Part shown: positions 34,921 to 37,079 of the stretch, piece after piece
How the letters are laid out: each line of letters starts with the position of its first letter
How positions within the stretch are numbered: position 1 is the first letter of the stretch
From: Candidatus Adlerbacteria bacterium GW2011_GWA1_54_10
Lineage (GTDB): Bacteria; Patescibacteriota; Minisyncoccia; Phycocordibacterales; SBAW01
NCBI GenBank assembly: GCA_001004665.1
Contig: LCRO01000005.1
Location: forward strand, 1 to 37,079
Direction: 5' to 3'
Length of the DNA: 37,079 bases
Notes under the pieces: model-generated
What the model was told of the DNA's origin: nothing
What the model saw: the letters and a program-made list of their open reading frames with translations, nothing else
The model's database searches: none
Made by a program: the position numbers and the translations under genes

Positions 34921-35373
34921 TCAAGGCTTTGTGTAAGTTACCGCTTTTCCGGTTTTCCCGACTTGTTTTATTTTTCCTTGCTTCTCCAATTCAGACAGAT
35001 ACCGAGTTGCTGTTGCGTCGGAGACGTGGAGGAGTTTCTCCACTTCGTCGTTCGTGATTTTTCCTTTCGCGTTCAGCGCTTCCAGAATCTTTTCGAGTTT
35101 CCTTTGCTTTCGGGATTGAATCGCGGCGCGAGCTTTGTTGAGGAGATCGCGGGCGAAGTTCGTACTTGGCGGTGGCGCGTTGCTTGGTGACGTTGGCGCG
35201 GGAGTTTGAGGCGTTGGTTCAGGAGGCAACGGCTCATTGGCTGGTATTTGAGCCGTTTGGGTTTCGGGCGCTTGCTGCGGCTCTGGTGGCGCGGAAGATT
35301 CAGACGCAGACTCGCTCACCGGCTCCGCCGGTTCGCTCGATGGTGCAGATTGAGATGGATTTTCGTCTGACAT
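34921..35373 (-). CDS. Winged-helix DNA-binding protein with a Pro/Glu/Ser/Gln-rich disordered N-terminal half
   Basis: The C-terminus KILEALNAKGKITNDEVEKLLHVSDATATRYLSELEKQGKIKQVGKTGKAVTYTK is a DeoR/Fic-associated type wHTH. The ATG at 35373 is preferred. The upstream part of the 335-aa ORF overlaps a better membrane-protein ORF in another frame. Confidence 0.65.
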   Translation of the reverse strand: MSDENPSQSAPSSEPAEPVSESASESSAPPEPQQAPETQTAQIPANEPLPPEPTPQTPAPTSPSNAPPPSTNFARDLLNKARAAIQSRKQRKLEKILEALNAKGKITNDEVEKLLHVSDATATRYLSELEKQGKIKQVGKTGKAVTYTKP

Positions 35374-35387
35374 ATTTAAATGGTAGC

Positions 35388-35425
35388 AGAAAAAAGAACA
35401 TCGCCGCGCAAGTGGTGGCGGCGAT
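35388..35425 (-). terminator. Putative intrinsic terminator after the membrane protein gene
   Basis: On the minus strand, ATCGCCGC-(10 nt loop)-GCGGCGAT is followed by GTTCTTTTTTCT. Confidence 0.5.
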
Positions 35426-35453
35426 GGTATTCGATGGCATGATCGGCAGTTGA

Positions 35454-35885
35454 TCACGCGAGGTAGAGATACGCGAGCAGCATGAGGATCACGACCACTC
35501 CCACAGCCCATGCCCAAATGCAGAGGACGAGCGAACGGGGCAGGGGTACGTAATAGTCGGGCATAAACTTCGCTGCGATTTCCCGCTCCCTCGCGTTCCG
35601 CCAGATTTGTGCCACGCCTTTGCCGATGATGAGGTAGAAGGCATAAATCAACGGCGGCAGCGTGAGGGCGAGGACGACGAGAATGAGAATCTCGTAGTCC
35701 TGCATAAACTTGCGGCCGATGGCGACGAGGTCTGACCGGCCTGCGACGGCTGCCGTGATGAGGCAGAAGATTGGCACGAGAATCATGACGAAGAACGGCA
35801 TCATCAGCCGCATCGCCATATCGCGATCCTTTTGCCGAATCTGTTCGCGGTCGTCCGTAAGTGGTAGTCCAGACGTATTGCGCAT
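35454..35885 (-). CDS. Hypothetical integral membrane protein (about 4 TM helices)
   Basis: Hydrophobic helices MMPFFVMILVPIFCLITAAVA, ILILVVLALTLPPLIYAFYLII and LVLCIWAWAVGVVVILMLLAYLYL. No family recognised. Confidence 0.6.
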   Translation of the reverse strand: MRNTSGLPLTDDREQIRQKDRDMAMRLMMPFFVMILVPIFCLITAAVAGRSDLVAIGRKFMQDYEILILVVLALTLPPLIYAFYLIIGKGVAQIWRNAREREIAAKFMPDYYVPLPRSLVLCIWAWAVGVVVILMLLAYLYLA

Positions 35886-36069
35886 GGTCTTTCTCCCTGA
35901 AGGAACTGCGTGAAAACTCGATGTGCATTATACCCTCTCGTTAGAGACTTGTCAAATGTTATGCTTTGCGCTGTCAGGGATTTTGTGGCATAGTAGCGCT
36001 CGTTTTGTTCTATCGGGCTTATTCCCCGCAACGCCCCCGGCGATATGTGGAGGCAAGGAGATCAGTGTG

Positions 36070-36510
36070 ATGAACAAGCAGAAGAATCTGCGAGCCCCTA
36101 ACGCGGCAGTGCCGGAACTTCAAAGGCAACAGGGAGAGCGTCTCAAGAAGTTGCGCCTTCACCGCGGCTTTAAGACGGCAAGCGACGCTGCGCGAAAATT
36201 TGAGATCGCTGGCCCGACGTACCTTGCTCACGAGAACGGGACGCGAGCTATTCGTACTCACATCGCCGAGTACTACGCCAAAGAATTGGGATCTTCCGCA
36301 TCATGGATCCTGCACGGCGAAGGCGCGGCGACCGTCGACGGCTCGGAGTTCGGCCCGCGTTCCTTCACGGTGGTCAGCGGCGACGACCTCGTTGCAGAGG
36401 TAGCGAGCGTTCTCAGCAAGTTGGAGGGAGCAGCATCGAAGCTCACCCCCGCTGCCAAGGCGATGATCTTGTCGGGTCTCGAACGCACGAAGGGTCTGCT
36501 GTCGTCTTAG
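36070..36510 (+). CDS. XRE/cI-like HTH transcriptional regulator
   Basis: An SD (GGAGGCAAGGAG) lies upstream of the ATG at 36070. GERLKKLRLHRGFKTASDAARKFEIAGPTYLAHENGTR is a typical HTH_3 motif. The C-terminal roughly 60 aa is not recognised. Confidence 0.75.
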   Translation: MNKQKNLRAPNAAVPELQRQQGERLKKLRLHRGFKTASDAARKFEIAGPTYLAHENGTRAIRTHIAEYYAKELGSSASWILHGEGAATVDGSEFGPRSFTVVSGDDLVAEVASVLSKLEGAASKLTPAAKAMILSGLERTKGLLSS

Positions 36511-36542
36511 CGTCGCCAGCATCCCAAGATTGGAATATCGGC

Positions 36543-36570
36543 GCCTCAGCGATTCTGAGGCTATTTTTTT
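36543..36570 (+). terminator. Intrinsic terminator after the XRE gene
   Basis: GCCTCAG-CGATT-CTGAGGC followed by TATTTTTTT. It overlaps the stop codon of the convergent GNAT gene. Confidence 0.6.
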
Positions 36571-37051
36571 ATTCTCGTTCCGACTCTTTAGCAGATTTAT
36601 TCAATAGATTGTCGCGTTCAAGAATATTTCTGATCAACTCTGGATCCTGCGAACCGTATATAACATACGATGTCATCGAACCGTCCGAACGCACTACGCG
36701 AGTCCAGCCTGGTCGTCTTTCATAAAACCCCACGGATTGTGCGTTTTGTTTTTCGCGCTCTAAATCTGTCCCATCATTCAGAACTATAGGCTTTCCACTA
36801 TCTCTACTCTTCTTTTCTGCCGCAGCCATTAATTGTGAGGCGAACCCTTTCCCTTGATCTTCCGGTTTGTAAACCATGACATCAGCGAGAAAGTAGCAAT
36901 TTTGGAAAACGGGACTTTCCGCGAGTGTAGCTTGCGCAACAATATCGTCTTTAGTTCCCAATCTTTTTATTTGAAAACCATCCTCAAACTCGATTACTTC
37001 GCCGAATTCCTTTTGTGTCGGCATACCCTCATTCATAGAGCAATAGTACAT
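36569..37051 (-). CDS. GNAT-family N-acetyltransferase
   Basis: 160 aa with the acetyl-CoA binding motif A region VYKPEDQGKGFASQLMAAAEKKSRDSG (the Q/R-x-x-G-x-G/A pattern). Confidence 0.8.
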   Translation of the reverse strand: MYYCSMNEGMPTQKEFGEVIEFEDGFQIKRLGTKDDIVAQATLAESPVFQNCYFLADVMVYKPEDQGKGFASQLMAAAEKKSRDSGKPIVLNDGTDLEREKQNAQSVGFYERRPGWTRVVRSDGSMTSYVIYGSQDPELIRNILERDNLLNKSAKESERE

Positions 37052-37079
37052 CAGTTTCCTACTTCGCGGCGGCGGCAGA

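Noticed and set aside
35374-35928. The upstream two-thirds of the 335-aa minus-strand ORF (34921-35928)
   Set aside because: This part is R/P/H/G-rich. It overlaps, in another frame, a convincing 4-TM membrane protein ORF (35454-35885), and a terminator-like hairpin sits at 35388-35425. Only the last 150 codons (from the ATG at 35373) look like a real protein.
36070-37051. GNAT plus HTH as a GNAT/antitoxin (TacT/AtaT-like) toxin-antitoxin pair
   Set aside because: The two genes are convergent and separated by a terminator, not an operon. The HTH is XRE-type rather than RHH. GNAT toxins are normally co-transcribed with their antitoxin.

Overview
The window looks like a compact genome with overlapping, tightly packed genes. 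The pilin N-termini ([17 protein letters not shown]) and the type IV pilus locus without a secretin fit a Patescibacteria/CPR (Parcubacteria-like) organism; this assignment is inference. Order of content: (1) two adjacent tRNA-Thr genes. (2) An exopolysaccharide/beta-glucan cluster at 484-7708, with a GT2-GtrA fusion, a GH8 endoglucanase, a BcsA-like processive synthase lacking PilZ, a GT-C/GT39-like membrane transferase and a convergent GH6 glycosidase. (3) tRNA-Asp and two CAT-anticodon tRNAs with unusual T-loops. (4) gatC-gatA and ligA. (5) A complete minus-strand type IV pilus locus at 14019-24936 (pilMNO, pilB, pilT, pilC, two major pilin paralogues, pilD, four minor pilins), divergent from comF. 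(6) A visibly AT-rich accessory segment at about 25712-28800, ending at tRNA-Ser. It holds a DUF2975/XRE pair and a 2.1-kb cassette bounded by a perfect 24-nt direct repeat. The cassette carries a DpnI homologue, a 5' stub of a DpnA-like methylase, a split MutH-like ORF and a small HEPN-motif ORF. (7) An ECF sigma/anti-sigma pair, malic enzyme and recG. (8) A 0.93-kb ORF-free, GC-rich region at 33990-34920, densely structured with nested long-range complementarity, which is a candidate large ncRNA. (9) A small regulatory/membrane module and a GNAT. The most interesting items are the GATC-themed cassette, the structured 0.93-kb region, a perfect 49-nt palindrome inside gatC, and comF and a small convergent ORF that read through each other without stop codons. 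All calls come from reading the sequence and recalling protein families; no searches were run.
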